From assembly GCA_043821705.1 (NCBI GenBank), contig JBDRCN010000045.1:22400-86399 (forward strand): a stretch of DNA of 64,000 nucleotides. The letters are read 5' to 3'. Source of the stretch: Candidatus Omnitrophota bacterium. Its GTDB lineage: Bacteria; Omnitrophota; Gorgyraeia; Gorgyraeales; Gorgyraeaceae. The translations under genes and the position numbers were made by a program. Positions 51,673 to 61,393 of this stretch are shown here, piece after piece. The notes under the pieces are model-generated. The model was not told the origin of the DNA, did no database searches, and saw nothing but the letters and a program-made list of their open reading frames with translations. The number at the start of each line of letters is the position of its first letter. Within the stretch, counting starts at the first letter, position 1.

Positions 51673-52796
51673 CCAAATTTTAATACATACTCCCTGAACA
51701 TCCTGTCTACGATGCTAAAACTTCCATCAGGGCCCCTTCTTATAAGGCCTTTTTCATTCAAACGATATAGGAAATTCTTTATATTAGCTATAGGGAATTT
51801 CTTTGCATGTTTACCTACTATCATCATATTCCTAAAATCTTTTATGGAAAGCCTTCCTCCTTCTTCAGCAAGTATCTTTAAAAGATATCTTTCCCTGTCA
51901 CTAGCCCTGGCCAAGAGATTACTGAAATAATCTCTGCCCAATTCCCTTAGGGTATTATTAAGCGCAGCATCCCACGTAGCCTCTCCTACGATCCCCTCTA
52001 TCTGGCTATCATAAAGATGGCTTGAAAGAAGCTGTACTTCGTATGGATGGCCATAGGTATAATCATATATCTTCATCTTTATAAAATCATCGAACTGAAC
52101 GCCTGTATCACTAAGCGTGGTATTCACTGTATTTAATACATCGTCCTTTTTTAAAAACTCTACAGTGAGCCTTTTTCTAAAAAACCTGCCTACTGGATCA
52201 TGTTTGTCTATAAATGATGACCAGCCTCCTGGGGTAGACGAAAGGATGAACATAAAATGTGAATTCTCTAAGACATCGTCCCTGCTGAGCACTGCCCTTA
52301 ATATATCTATGGTATTAGAGATGGTCATTAGATTCTGCAGGTCATCCAAAAGTACAACTACTAACTTAGTATCAAGCTTTTTCCATGCCTCGATCAAGAA
52401 TTTGGCAAATTGAGTCTGGGCCTGCGACAGAGAAGACCTCTTGGAAAATGAACTTAGAAGTGCCTCTGAGTCAGGTTTGAGCTGAGGAAAGCTCAGGATC
52501 ATCTCTTCTGCTATCAAATAAAGCGCATCTAATGGCTTATCCTTTTTTGTAAAATTTGAAATCGCACAAAAACACGTTGGATTGCCATTCTCCTGCACCA
52601 TCCTCCTGAACTGTTTTAAAAGAGATGTCTTGCCTATCCCCCACTCTCCTAAAACTACAAGGTGAGTTGGCCTGATAAAACTCTCCTCCAGGTTTGACCT
52701 AAACATAGAGAGCTCTTCTTCTCTTCCGCCAAAGAACTTTGGCTCCCGGCCTGACTGTGGTGTAAAAGGATTAGGTTTTATCATATTATTTACCAA
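51669..52796 (-). CDS. AAA+/P-loop ATPase (Arch_ATPase-like); uses a TTG start
   Basis: Walker A GEWGIGKTSLL and Walker B VVVLLDDLQ. Confidence 0.55.
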   Translation of the reverse strand: MVNNMIKPNPFTPQSGREPKFFGGREEELSMFRSNLEESFIRPTHLVVLGEWGIGKTSLLKQFRRMVQENGNPTCFCAISNFTKKDKPLDALYLIAEEMILSFPQLKPDSEALLSSFSKRSSLSQAQTQFAKFLIEAWKKLDTKLVVVLLDDLQNLMTISNTIDILRAVLSRDDVLENSHFMFILSSTPGGWSSFIDKHDPVGRFFRKRLTVEFLKKDDVLNTVNTTLSDTGVQFDDFIKMKIYDYTYGHPYEVQLLSSHLYDSQIEGIVGEATWDAALNNTLRELGRDYFSNLLARASDRERYLLKILAEEGGRLSIKDFRNMMIVGKHAKKFPIANIKNFLYRLNEKGLIRRGPDGSFSIVDRMFREYVLKFG

Positions 52797-53142
52797 GCAT
52801 CATGTAGATAGATATCATAAAAAGCAATACTCCAAAACATCTTTTAAGGATCAGGCTTGGCATCATATGAGCAAATACTGCTCCTATATAGCCTCCTAAA
52901 AAGAAACCCAGGCTGATAAAGAACGCTACCTTTAGATTCAGGTTGCCTGACTGATAGTACCTGATCGCTGCAAAGATCCCTATTGGCAGTATCAGCGCTC
53001 CCAGCGCTGTACCTTGCGCATAATGCTGGGAAAACTTGAATAAGTATATCAGACAAGGCACTACTACCACAGCTCCTCCAATGCCGAAGAACCCGCTCGC
53101 TACCCCTGCTAATACACCTATTAATATACTCACTATCATCAT
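52786..53142 (-). CDS. Half-size TSUP/TauE-family membrane protein (4 TM)
   Basis: GxGGG motif FGIGGAVVVVP and TM topology. At 118 aa it is about half the usual length. Confidence 0.5.
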   Translation of the reverse strand: MMIVSILIGVLAGVASGFFGIGGAVVVVPCLIYLFKFSQHYAQGTALGALILPIGIFAAIRYYQSGNLNLKVAFFISLGFFLGGYIGAVFAHMMPSLILKRCFGVLLFMISIYMMLGK

Positions 53143-53182
53143 ATTAGTTTACATAAGAAATCTTGTATGTTAGATTATAGCT

Positions 53183-54643
53183 ATGATTATAAAAAGAGAT
53201 CCTGACATAATCAAGTGTTATTTTGAAGATGAGTCCGGGCTGTTAGGGGGTAATGCCAGCGAGGTCATATCTCCAGAGGAAGAAAAAGAAGTAGTTGAGG
53301 TATTAAAAGACCTTGGTTCTAAGAAAACTCCTTCTACTATTTCTGGAGGAGGCACAGGCGTGACTGGCGCAAGAGTACCATTCGGCGGCACGATCCTAGC
53401 AACAGATTCCCTCAATAAGATCCTGGATATCAATAAAAAAGACCTGACTTTAACAGCACAGCCTGGTGCAAGAATATCTGAGATACAAGAAGAAGTCTCA
53501 AAACTTGGGCTTATTTATCCACCTGACCCTACTGAAAAAAGTGCTTTTTTAGGCGGGACTGTCTCGACCAATGCCTCTGGCGCAAGAGGATTTAAACACG
53601 GCTCCACCAGAGATTATATTAAAAGATTAAAGATAGTATTATCGAATGGCGAGATATTAGATATAAAACGCGGGAAATATATCACAAAAAACAGAGACCC
53701 TTTTATCTTGAAACTAAGGGATAAAGAAATAAAGATCCCTATACCTAGGTACAAGATGCCTGATGTAAAAAATGCAAGCGGCTATTATATCGAAAATAAC
53801 ATGGACCTCATAGATATATTTATAGGTTCTGAAGGCACTCTTGGATTTATAACAGAGGTGGCTATAGCGCTCAAGAAAGGGCCTGAGGAAATAATGAGTT
53901 TCTTCAGCTTTTTTTCAAAGGAAAAAGATGCGCTCAGCTTTATAGAAGACGCTAAAAAGTATAATGCTCTTACATTCGAATATATGGATAAGAATTCTCT
54001 AGAACTCCTGCGCGGAAAATTCCCTACTATACCAGAAAATGCTGCGAGCATGGTCTATTTCGAAGAGGATTATGAAAAAAAAGACGAGGAGCGACTAAGT
54101 GAGCAATGGATAAGATTATTAGAAGAACATAATAGCCTAAGTGAAAAGACATTATTTGCTGATACAGAAAAAGAACGGAATAAGTTAAGGGAAATACGCC
54201 ATGCTCTTCCTGAGACAATAAACGAGATCGTAAAAAAGAATAAACTGCCCAAGGTCGGGACAGATATTGCAGTGCCTGGGAATAGGTTCAGCGAGATGTA
54301 TTCATTTTACAAAGAAAGGCTTTCTTCTTCAAAGATAGACCATTTGATATTTGGGCACATTGGTGAAAGCCACATGCATGTGAACATGCTTCCAAAAAAT
54401 GAAGAAGAATATATAAAAAGCCGCTCTGTCTATATGGATTTTGTGAAAAAAGCTGTGTCTTTAGGCGGGACAGTCTCTGCAGAACATGGTATCGGTAAAC
54501 TAAAACATGCGTTTTTAGAAGCGATGTATGGAAAAGATGCTATCATGGAGATGGTAAGACTTAAAAAGTCCCTAGATCCAGCATGCATCCTAGGGCTGGA
54601 CAATATATTCTCCAAGGAGCTACTGATTAAAAATCGTGCATAA
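53183..54643 (+). CDS. FAD-linked oxidase (GlcD / D-lactate dehydrogenase-like)
   Basis: FAD-binding region TISGGGTGVTGARVP and a C-terminal oxidase domain, about 486 aa. Confidence 0.65.
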   Translation: MIIKRDPDIIKCYFEDESGLLGGNASEVISPEEEKEVVEVLKDLGSKKTPSTISGGGTGVTGARVPFGGTILATDSLNKILDINKKDLTLTAQPGARISEIQEEVSKLGLIYPPDPTEKSAFLGGTVSTNASGARGFKHGSTRDYIKRLKIVLSNGEILDIKRGKYITKNRDPFILKLRDKEIKIPIPRYKMPDVKNASGYYIENNMDLIDIFIGSEGTLGFITEVAIALKKGPEEIMSFFSFFSKEKDALSFIEDAKKYNALTFEYMDKNSLELLRGKFPTIPENAASMVYFEEDYEKKDEERLSEQWIRLLEEHNSLSEKTLFADTEKERNKLREIRHALPETINEIVKKNKLPKVGTDIAVPGNRFSEMYSFYKERLSSSKIDHLIFGHIGESHMHVNMLPKNEEEYIKSRSVYMDFVKKAVSLGGTVSAEHGIGKLKHAFLEAMYGKDAIMEMVRLKKSLDPACILGLDNIFSKELLIKNRA

Positions 54644-55325
54644 TACCGATCGCTAGTTCTTCTCCATCAATAAGGGTGGCTTCTATATTTATGCGTGTTG
54701 TATCATTTATCTGATAATCCATCCCAGTGACTAATCCGTAATATTTTTCAGAATGTATTCTCTTTCTGTCCTTCTCATCCTCCCATTTGATGAAGTCAAG
54801 CGAACCGAATCTACCCCCCATATATGGCACGAACCTACCTATATCCTTGGAGATAAGAAAAGTACCGTTCCATTCATCTATTATTGCTTCGTGCTTAATG
54901 CTGTCTTGGTCCTTGGGATCCGGATGTACGCTTATATGCTGAAATCCTAAGATACTTTTTATTCCCCATTCTTCTATTGCAAGGCCTTTTATCCTAAATC
55001 CATACGCTCCTGCAAAATTAGTGTCATAGCTTATATCATTATTACTGTCTGTCCTATTCCACTCTACATCCCCCACGCCTGCCTTCCCATCAAGAGAAAG
55101 CCAAGGAAATACTGCATAGCTAAGAGCAAAGAAATACCTATTGCCTTCTGTACCTCCAGTATCATTATCCAAGTTCCTGTCTACCAGGATGTTCGCTTCT
55201 AAGCCGCATGTCCATTTCTCATCTTCTGGTATGTGAGTTCCATAAGAAGAAGTAGCATAGCTAGGCTTACAAAAAGAAATGAGTATTATTAAGATAGCAA
55301 ATGCATATGTAGTCCTTTTTAACAT
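54627..55325 (-). CDS. Outer-membrane beta-barrel protein
   Basis: Signal peptide, alternating strands and a C-terminal aromatic residue (...IGIMHDF). Confidence 0.5.
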   Translation of the reverse strand: MLKRTTYAFAILIILISFCKPSYATSSYGTHIPEDEKWTCGLEANILVDRNLDNDTGGTEGNRYFFALSYAVFPWLSLDGKAGVGDVEWNRTDSNNDISYDTNFAGAYGFRIKGLAIEEWGIKSILGFQHISVHPDPKDQDSIKHEAIIDEWNGTFLISKDIGRFVPYMGGRFGSLDFIKWEDEKDRKRIHSEKYYGLVTGMDYQINDTTRINIEATLIDGEELAIGIMHDF

Positions 55326-55333
55326 GTTCTCCC

Positions 55334-55368
55334 CCGTTACCCGTAATCCGTTACCCGTTATCCGATAT
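55334..55368. repeat. Tandem heptanucleotide repeat (CCGTWAY x5) immediately upstream of the OMP gene start
   Basis: ccgttac ccgtaat ccgttac ccgttat ccgatat. On the minus strand this reads GGTAACG GATTACG GGTAACG and runs into GGGGGAG before ATG. Confidence 0.75.
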
Positions 55369-56160
55369 TAAACTCTCTGCTAATCGTTCAAGGTCTCCCC
55401 AAAGGCTTTTACTTTTTAAGATCACGACTATTACTTTTTTCCATCTATTATACTCTATAAAACCAGCAAAACAATGTCCTGCTTTCTTAGTCCATCCAGT
55501 CTTACCTAATATCACATAAGGCTTATCCTTCCACAAACTCTTATTATGATTCCTTAATTTTATTGTTCTGCCACTAACAACCTCCTTGATCTCGCCTTCT
55601 TTCATCTTCATGATATCCACCAATGTCTTATTCTTCATTGCCTCTCTTACGATTAAACCTAAGTCATATGTAGTAGCAGATTGGCCTTCTTTAGGAAGTC
55701 CGTTAGGATTTTTAAAAACAGTGTCACGAGCACCTATTTTTTCAGCTAAGATATTCATCATGCTGATAAATCGCTCTTCACTGCCTCCTATGCCTTCAGC
55801 CACAACAACAGAAGCATCGTTCCCAGAATTTAATAACATTGCCTTTATCAGGTCTTCTGCAAGATACTTTTCTCCCTCCTTAACATATATCTTTGAAGGC
55901 TCCATCAAGGTAGCAAGTTTACTTACAGTCATCTCTTCTTTTAAAGACATATTTTTTACTACCACTAGGGAGGTCATGATCTTTACAGTACTTGCGGGAA
56001 GGAGTTTTTTATGGGGTTCCTTTGAATAGATCACCCTTTTGGTCCACGGGCTCATTAAGACTGCTGATTCTGCGCTTATATCTACATCTATGTTTTCTTT
56101 AGAACAACCAAAGATGCTAAAAAAAACAATAAGGCTAAAGAATATAAAAAGTTTTTTCAT
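55351..56160 (-). CDS. D-alanyl-D-alanine carboxypeptidase (S11, PBP5/6-like)
   Basis: Signal peptide, SxxK (ASTVKIM), SGN (LNSGND) and KTG (GKTGWT) motifs. Confidence 0.75.
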   Translation of the reverse strand: MKKLFIFFSLIVFFSIFGCSKENIDVDISAESAVLMSPWTKRVIYSKEPHKKLLPASTVKIMTSLVVVKNMSLKEEMTVSKLATLMEPSKIYVKEGEKYLAEDLIKAMLLNSGNDASVVVAEGIGGSEERFISMMNILAEKIGARDTVFKNPNGLPKEGQSATTYDLGLIVREAMKNKTLVDIMKMKEGEIKEVVSGRTIKLRNHNKSLWKDKPYVILGKTGWTKKAGHCFAGFIEYNRWKKVIVVILKSKSLWGDLERLAESLISDNG

Positions 56161-56439
56161 CTATTCTTTGTTTGCTTCTAGCTTATCTCCCGCTACCTCC
56201 TCCAGGGCCCTTCTTGCGCGCTGAAGTTCGACAACAAGTTTACTGGTAATCGCAAGATGCCTGACAGAGAGAAGTGCAAATGCCATATTTGAAAGTGCTA
56301 AGAAAAATAAAAATATATCTACTTCTGTCTGTAAGAAAAAATATACCAAATAAAAGATCCCCATTAAGATAAAGTAACTATTGATCCTGGCTACTATGGT
56401 GATAAACTCCTCTTCCTTTGTCCTCTTCTTATTTCCCAT
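56161..56439 (-). CDS. Small two-TM membrane protein
   Basis: Two hydrophobic helices followed by a charged C-terminal tail. Confidence 0.35.
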   Translation of the reverse strand: MGNKKRTKEEEFITIVARINSYFILMGIFYLVYFFLQTEVDIFLFFLALSNMAFALLSVRHLAITSKLVVELQRARRALEEVAGDKLEANKE

Positions 56440-58165
56440 ACTCTACCTCCTTATAGCTATTAGTTATTGGCATGCGCCTATCCTTGCCAAAGGCCATCGA
56501 AGTGATCTTGATGCCAGGGGGAGCTTGCCGTCTTTTATATTCAAAATTATCTATCATATGCAGCACTTTTTCTATCATTTTTCTTTTCCCTATCTTTCTA
56601 ACTATATATTTATAATCTTTGTTCTCTTTAATATAAAGCTCTATGATCTCATCCAGTATATCATAGGGAGGCAGTGTATCTTGATCTTTTTGGCCATGCC
56701 TTAATTCAGCAGAAGGCGGCCTGTCAAGTATGCTCGTTGGTATAATATCCATTTTTTCAAGCTTGTTTATATATCTAGCTAACTTATATACTAGGTTCTT
56801 TGAGACATCCTTTATTACTGCAAACCCTCCTGCCATATCCCCGTATAAAGTACAGTACCCGACACTTGTCTCGCTCTTATTGCCTGTGTTTAATACCAGA
56901 TGGCCAAACTTATTAGAAAATGCCATTAATATATTACCTCTTATGCGTGCTTGGATATTTTCTTCTGCAATACTGGGTTCAGTATGCCCAAAATGCTTGG
57001 ACAGTGTCTTTAAGTATGAAGAAAAGATGCTATTGATCGGTATGACTTCATGATCTATCCCGAGTGTCTTTGCTAATCTCAAAGCATCGTTCTGAGTACC
57101 TTTGGACGAATACTTGGAAGGCATCATTAGGCCTAATACATTTTTATTGCCGAGAGCCTCTTTAGCAATGCATGCTACTAATGCTGAATCGATCCCACCG
57201 CTAAGGCCCAGGGCAACCTTGCTAAAATTATTTTTTCTCGCATAATCCTTCACGCCCAGGACAAGTGCTTTAAAGATCTCTTCGGTCTCATCGAGATAGC
57301 GATGCTTTCTTACAGGTAAGGCCTTTTGTTGCTTTGCCTTTCTTTTTTTAGCTCCCATTGATATATCAACTAATAGTAGATCTTCTTTAAATGCATCTGC
57401 TTCTATCTTCTTTTTCCCAGTCTTATCAAATAATGCGCTTCTACCGTCAAATATCAATTCATCCTGTCCTCCTATAAGATTACAGTATAGGATCGGGACA
57501 TTACACCTCTTTGCCTTACTAGTTAATACCCTCTCTCTGTCCTTTACTTTATCCATGTGGTAAGGAGACGCAGATAGATTTACCAGGAAATCAGTCCTGG
57601 ATAAAATATCTCTTTCTTTGGATGTTTCTTCTGCCCAGATATCTTCACAGATACTGACAGCAAAAGAAACTCCTTTTATTTTTATTATTTTGCGGCTTTT
57701 GCCTTTTGTGAAATACCTTCTTTCGTCGAACACTCCATAATTAGGCAGGTGTATCTTATTATATATACCTATTACCCTCTGATCGGACACTATAGCTGCA
57801 CTATTATATATCGAGGCCCCTTCTCTATTCACAAAACCCAAAACTACTGTAATGCCCTTTACTTTATTAGTGATCTTGTTCAGGTATTTAATGTTATCTT
57901 TTACAAAATGAACTTTCAATAAAAGGTCTTCTGGCGGATAGCCAGTTATGGATAATTCCGGGAAGATCACAAGGTCAGCATCACTACATATTGCATCAGA
58001 TATAGAGGATAATATCTTTTCAGTATTACCTTTCATATCTCCAACAGTTGTATTTATCTGGGCTAGGGCTATTCTTATCTTATTCATATAAATTGAATTA
58101 GTGGGTGTTTTAATATATAATATATGTGTTATTGAGATTCTATCATAAATCCAAATAATAAGCAA
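56429..58165 (-). CDS. nadE: Glutamine-dependent NAD+ synthetase (nitrilase domain + NAD synthase domain)
   Basis: N-terminal CN-hydrolase (RIALAQ...ICED) and PP-loop GLSGGIDS. The likely true start is MNKIRIALAQ at about 58087. Confidence 0.8.
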   Translation of the reverse strand: MLIIWIYDRISITHILYIKTPTNSIYMNKIRIALAQINTTVGDMKGNTEKILSSISDAICSDADLVIFPELSITGYPPEDLLLKVHFVKDNIKYLNKITNKVKGITVVLGFVNREGASIYNSAAIVSDQRVIGIYNKIHLPNYGVFDERRYFTKGKSRKIIKIKGVSFAVSICEDIWAEETSKERDILSRTDFLVNLSASPYHMDKVKDRERVLTSKAKRCNVPILYCNLIGGQDELIFDGRSALFDKTGKKKIEADAFKEDLLLVDISMGAKKRKAKQQKALPVRKHRYLDETEEIFKALVLGVKDYARKNNFSKVALGLSGGIDSALVACIAKEALGNKNVLGLMMPSKYSSKGTQNDALRLAKTLGIDHEVIPINSIFSSYLKTLSKHFGHTEPSIAEENIQARIRGNILMAFSNKFGHLVLNTGNKSETSVGYCTLYGDMAGGFAVIKDVSKNLVYKLARYINKLEKMDIIPTSILDRPPSAELRHGQKDQDTLPPYDILDEIIELYIKENKDYKYIVRKIGKRKMIEKVLHMIDNFEYKRRQAPPGIKITSMAFGKDRRMPITNSYKEVEYGK

Positions 58166-58167
58166 AT

Positions 58168-58656
58168 ATGTATAAAATAACTCTTTTTACTTTAATCTTA
58201 ATATTATCTCTCCTATCTTTAGAAGCTTATTCCTTAGAAATAGAAGAAAAAGATACTAATGGGGATGGCGCGATTGATCAGTGGGTATACTTTGAGAATA
58301 AGAGGCCGATCAAGATAGAGAGCGATAGGAACCATGATAAAAAACTAGACCTTTGGATAACCTATAAAGAAAAAGGTGAAAAGATACTAGAAAGTGACTT
58401 GAATTTCGACGGTACAGTAGACATGAGGTCATATTATACGTACGGAGAGCGCAAGAAACTTGAAATAGACAGTGATTACGACGGTAAGTTAAACCAAAGA
58501 AGCGAGTATAGGGACGGGAAATTGATAAAATTAGAAAGAGATACTGATTCTGACGGCACACTCGAGGTACTAATAGACAGGTCAAATCTCCAGACTAATA
58601 TACAAAAAAGGGTTATTGAAAATATCGATTTAAACAAAGAATCATCACCTAAGTAG
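58168..58656 (+). CDS. Secreted/lipoprotein with five DxDxDG-type (Ca-binding-like) repeats
   Basis: DTNGDGAIDQW, DRNHDKKLDLW, DLNFDGTVDMRSYY, DSDYDGKLNQRSEY, DTDSDGTLEVL. Confidence 0.45.
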   Translation: MYKITLFTLILILSLLSLEAYSLEIEEKDTNGDGAIDQWVYFENKRPIKIESDRNHDKKLDLWITYKEKGEKILESDLNFDGTVDMRSYYTYGERKKLEIDSDYDGKLNQRSEYRDGKLIKLERDTDSDGTLEVLIDRSNLQTNIQKRVIENIDLNKESSPK

Positions 58657-59064
58657 GAATACCCCTAGGATAACCAGTACTACTCCTAATCCTTTTGAAA
58701 GCGTAAATGTCTCTCCTAAGAATATAAGCCCTAATAAAAACGAGACCAAAGGATAAGTCCCAGATATAGGAACAACTTTAGATGCCTCCCCAGCCTTAAG
58801 TGCATTGTAAAAAAATATCTGGCCGACTATGCTTGCCAGAAAACCTCCTATCATTATAAATAAGATCGTCCTTAGATCTGCTTTCAAAGCTGCCTTAAAA
58901 GCCTGGGTATTGAATACCCCCAGAATAATCACCCCTAGAAGAACACCAGACACTCTTATAAAAATACCTGGCAAAGGATCTATCTTCGCAAGGCCGATCT
59001 TTTCTAAGATAGGTACACATCCCCATATAAGTGCAGTAAGCACGGCAAAATAAAAAGCTGTCAT
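58645..59064 (-). CDS. EamA/DMT-family small membrane transporter (4 TM)
   Basis: Four hydrophobic helices and an EamA-like GExF motif. Confidence 0.5.
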   Translation of the reverse strand: MTAFYFAVLTALIWGCVPILEKIGLAKIDPLPGIFIRVSGVLLGVIILGVFNTQAFKAALKADLRTILFIMIGGFLASIVGQIFFYNALKAGEASKVVPISGTYPLVSFLLGLIFLGETFTLSKGLGVVLVILGVFLLR

Positions 59065-59207
59065 CTCCCCCTCCTAAGTTTTCACTTAACGTCAATAGAA
59101 TAAGAATAGCATATTTTATATATAAATGGAATAGCACTTAAAGCTTTAGAGACGTCTACCAACCTAATCGGGACAGTGGGTACTTGATTGACAACCTAGG
59201 GTAAGCT

Positions 59208-61391
59208 TTATTGATTTTTTATAGGTAGCTTTATAGTAAATGTAGTGCCTTTTCCATATTCGGAGCTGCAGGTAATAGTGCCTTTATGCATTTCTATGAA
59301 GTCTCTTATGACATATAGGCCTAGGCCAGAGCCTTTATTAGCAGTAGCCTTAGTAGTAAAGTAGGGGGTAAAGAGCTTTCTCATGTTTTCTTTTTTTAGG
59401 CCTATTCCATTATCTTTTATAATGATCTCAAGGAAACTGTCTTTATTTTCCAGGGTTATTTCTAGGTTTCCCTGGTAATCTGAGATATGAGAAAAATCAG
59501 GGTTTTTGTCTTGAATGAGTTTTGCTATCTCATTCATTGCGTCAAATGCATTGTCTATGTGATTATAGAAACAGTCCTGTAAGAGTGCCTCGCTGCCAAA
59601 TATAAGGGGGATTTCATTTAAGAAGGTTAACTTAAAATTAGGGGTTTTAAAACCTGATATACCTGACTTACCTTTACTGATTAATACTAGTTTATGAGCA
59701 TTGCTTATTATGCTTTTTATATCTACTTTCTGGAACTCTACCTTAGCTTTAGCTCTCTTTAGTATGGCTGAAGTGATCTCTTTTCCCTTAAAGACTTCTT
59801 GGGTGATCATGTCCAGGCTTTTTTTGGTATTTTCTATTATCTTTTTTATGTTTTCATCTTTTACTGTATTTAGATCAATATCTTCTAGATTTATAAGTAA
59901 GAGCTCTGATGTAGTGGATATAGCTGCTAAACGGTTATTAAACTGATGACTTGCTCCTGGTGCCATGTCAGCGAGGGCTTCTCTTCTAGACTTCTCAGCT
60001 AAGACGCTACGTTCTTTCTGGTGAAATTGGGCGTTTTCTATGGCTAATGAAGCCTCGTTAGATAAAAGCATAAGTAGATTCAGATCTTCCTGTGAAAATG
60101 TAGTATTGCTTTTTCTGTCAGAAAGAACAAGAAAACCTAAAAGGTCATTTCTGATAAAAGACGGAATAATTGTATTTATCTTTAGGCCTGTTAGAACAGT
60201 TAAAAGATCTTTTGATTCGCTGGATTTATTAAGCCTCATTTCTTCTGTTACTAGAGGGATACGTTTTTTAGTGATTTTTTCTATTAAAATGGATTCATCT
60301 TTAAATTCAGCTGGTAAATCACACTTTTCATGTGGATACCAATAGCTCTTTAAGACATATTTATTATTCTGCTTATCTACTAAGTAAATCGCTGCAAATT
60401 TTAATCTAAATATCTTTACTAAGTAATGGACTATGAGTTTTAATAGATCTTCAAGCCTTGTAAACCTAAGCATATTATGAGAAAGGCTTCTAAGCTGGTT
60501 CTGGGCTTTGAATTCCTCTGCTCTTAGGCGTGCTTCGACTCTTTTCTGGAGTCTCATGTATATAAATGGCCCTGCACTAGCTAAGAGAGCCATTAAGATC
60601 AAAGGTATAAAATGAAAAGTCTTTGGGGTAATCAGTGATACATAAAAAGGAAGTCCTAGAACTAAAGCGTAGACTAAAGTAAATATAACCGCACGTGTAA
60701 AAACAATCTTAATGTCCATAACGCGGTATCTAACAATAGCGTAAGCCATAATAAAAAGATATAAAATTATTATTGAATCTGCAATTGGAATAAGTTTTAT
60801 TCCATAAATCAAAGCAAAATAAATAATAGCTGCAATTGAACCTATAAAAGTTGCTACAAAGAAGTATCTAAGTTGATGCCTTTTATATCCGCTTGTTGAT
60901 TTAAAGGCTGCGAATAACTTTATAAAACCAAAAGAAGCATATGCTGTCCAATATAGCATAAATGGTAAATAGCATATTCCTGGCTCTAAGAAATAATTTG
61001 CAAAATTGAATTTTTTAGATACCCCAATAAAAAATAATTTTGAAAACAATATAATTGTAAAGATAGATGATAAAAACAAAGATAATATAAATAAAGGTTT
61101 AGCTATATGATCTTTCCTTATCTTTTCATTAATTACAGAAAAGATTAATATGAGCCAAATAGGGGGCATAAATATAACTGGTATATGAAACAACCTTCCA
61201 TACCATAATGCTAGATAGGGGCTTTTTGAAGTGCTAACCATGAAAGAGCTAAAACACCAACTCGCAACACTTAAGCTCAATAAAGCAAAAAATAGATTTG
61301 TCTCGTTTTTCCTACTCTTTGAATAGACAAATCCTCCTATGCCAAAGCTTATTACTGCTGCTAAAAGTGTAGAAATCTTATACCAATTCAT
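59208..61391 (-). CDS. Sensor histidine kinase with a multi-TM N-terminal sensor (about 7 TM) and GAF-like region
   Basis: H-box region ADMAPGASHQFNNRLAAI; HATPase motifs DNGIGL and GSGLGLYVI. Confidence 0.65.
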   Translation of the reverse strand: MNWYKISTLLAAVISFGIGGFVYSKSRKNETNLFFALLSLSVASWCFSSFMVSTSKSPYLALWYGRLFHIPVIFMPPIWLILIFSVINEKIRKDHIAKPLFILSLFLSSIFTIILFSKLFFIGVSKKFNFANYFLEPGICYLPFMLYWTAYASFGFIKLFAAFKSTSGYKRHQLRYFFVATFIGSIAAIIYFALIYGIKLIPIADSIIILYLFIMAYAIVRYRVMDIKIVFTRAVIFTLVYALVLGLPFYVSLITPKTFHFIPLILMALLASAGPFIYMRLQKRVEARLRAEEFKAQNQLRSLSHNMLRFTRLEDLLKLIVHYLVKIFRLKFAAIYLVDKQNNKYVLKSYWYPHEKCDLPAEFKDESILIEKITKKRIPLVTEEMRLNKSSESKDLLTVLTGLKINTIIPSFIRNDLLGFLVLSDRKSNTTFSQEDLNLLMLLSNEASLAIENAQFHQKERSVLAEKSRREALADMAPGASHQFNNRLAAISTTSELLLINLEDIDLNTVKDENIKKIIENTKKSLDMITQEVFKGKEITSAILKRAKAKVEFQKVDIKSIISNAHKLVLISKGKSGISGFKTPNFKLTFLNEIPLIFGSEALLQDCFYNHIDNAFDAMNEIAKLIQDKNPDFSHISDYQGNLEITLENKDSFLEIIIKDNGIGLKKENMRKLFTPYFTTKATANKGSGLGLYVIRDFIEMHKGTITCSSEYGKGTTFTIKLPIKNQ

Positions 61392-61393
61392 TT

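Noticed and set aside
51661-51700. Coordinate consistency
   Set aside because: My by-eye indexing of one line was off by 1 nt relative to the ORF-track frame (the ATPase stop codon). Coordinates for motifs I derived myself should be treated as plus or minus 2 nt. ORF-track coordinates were used for genes.
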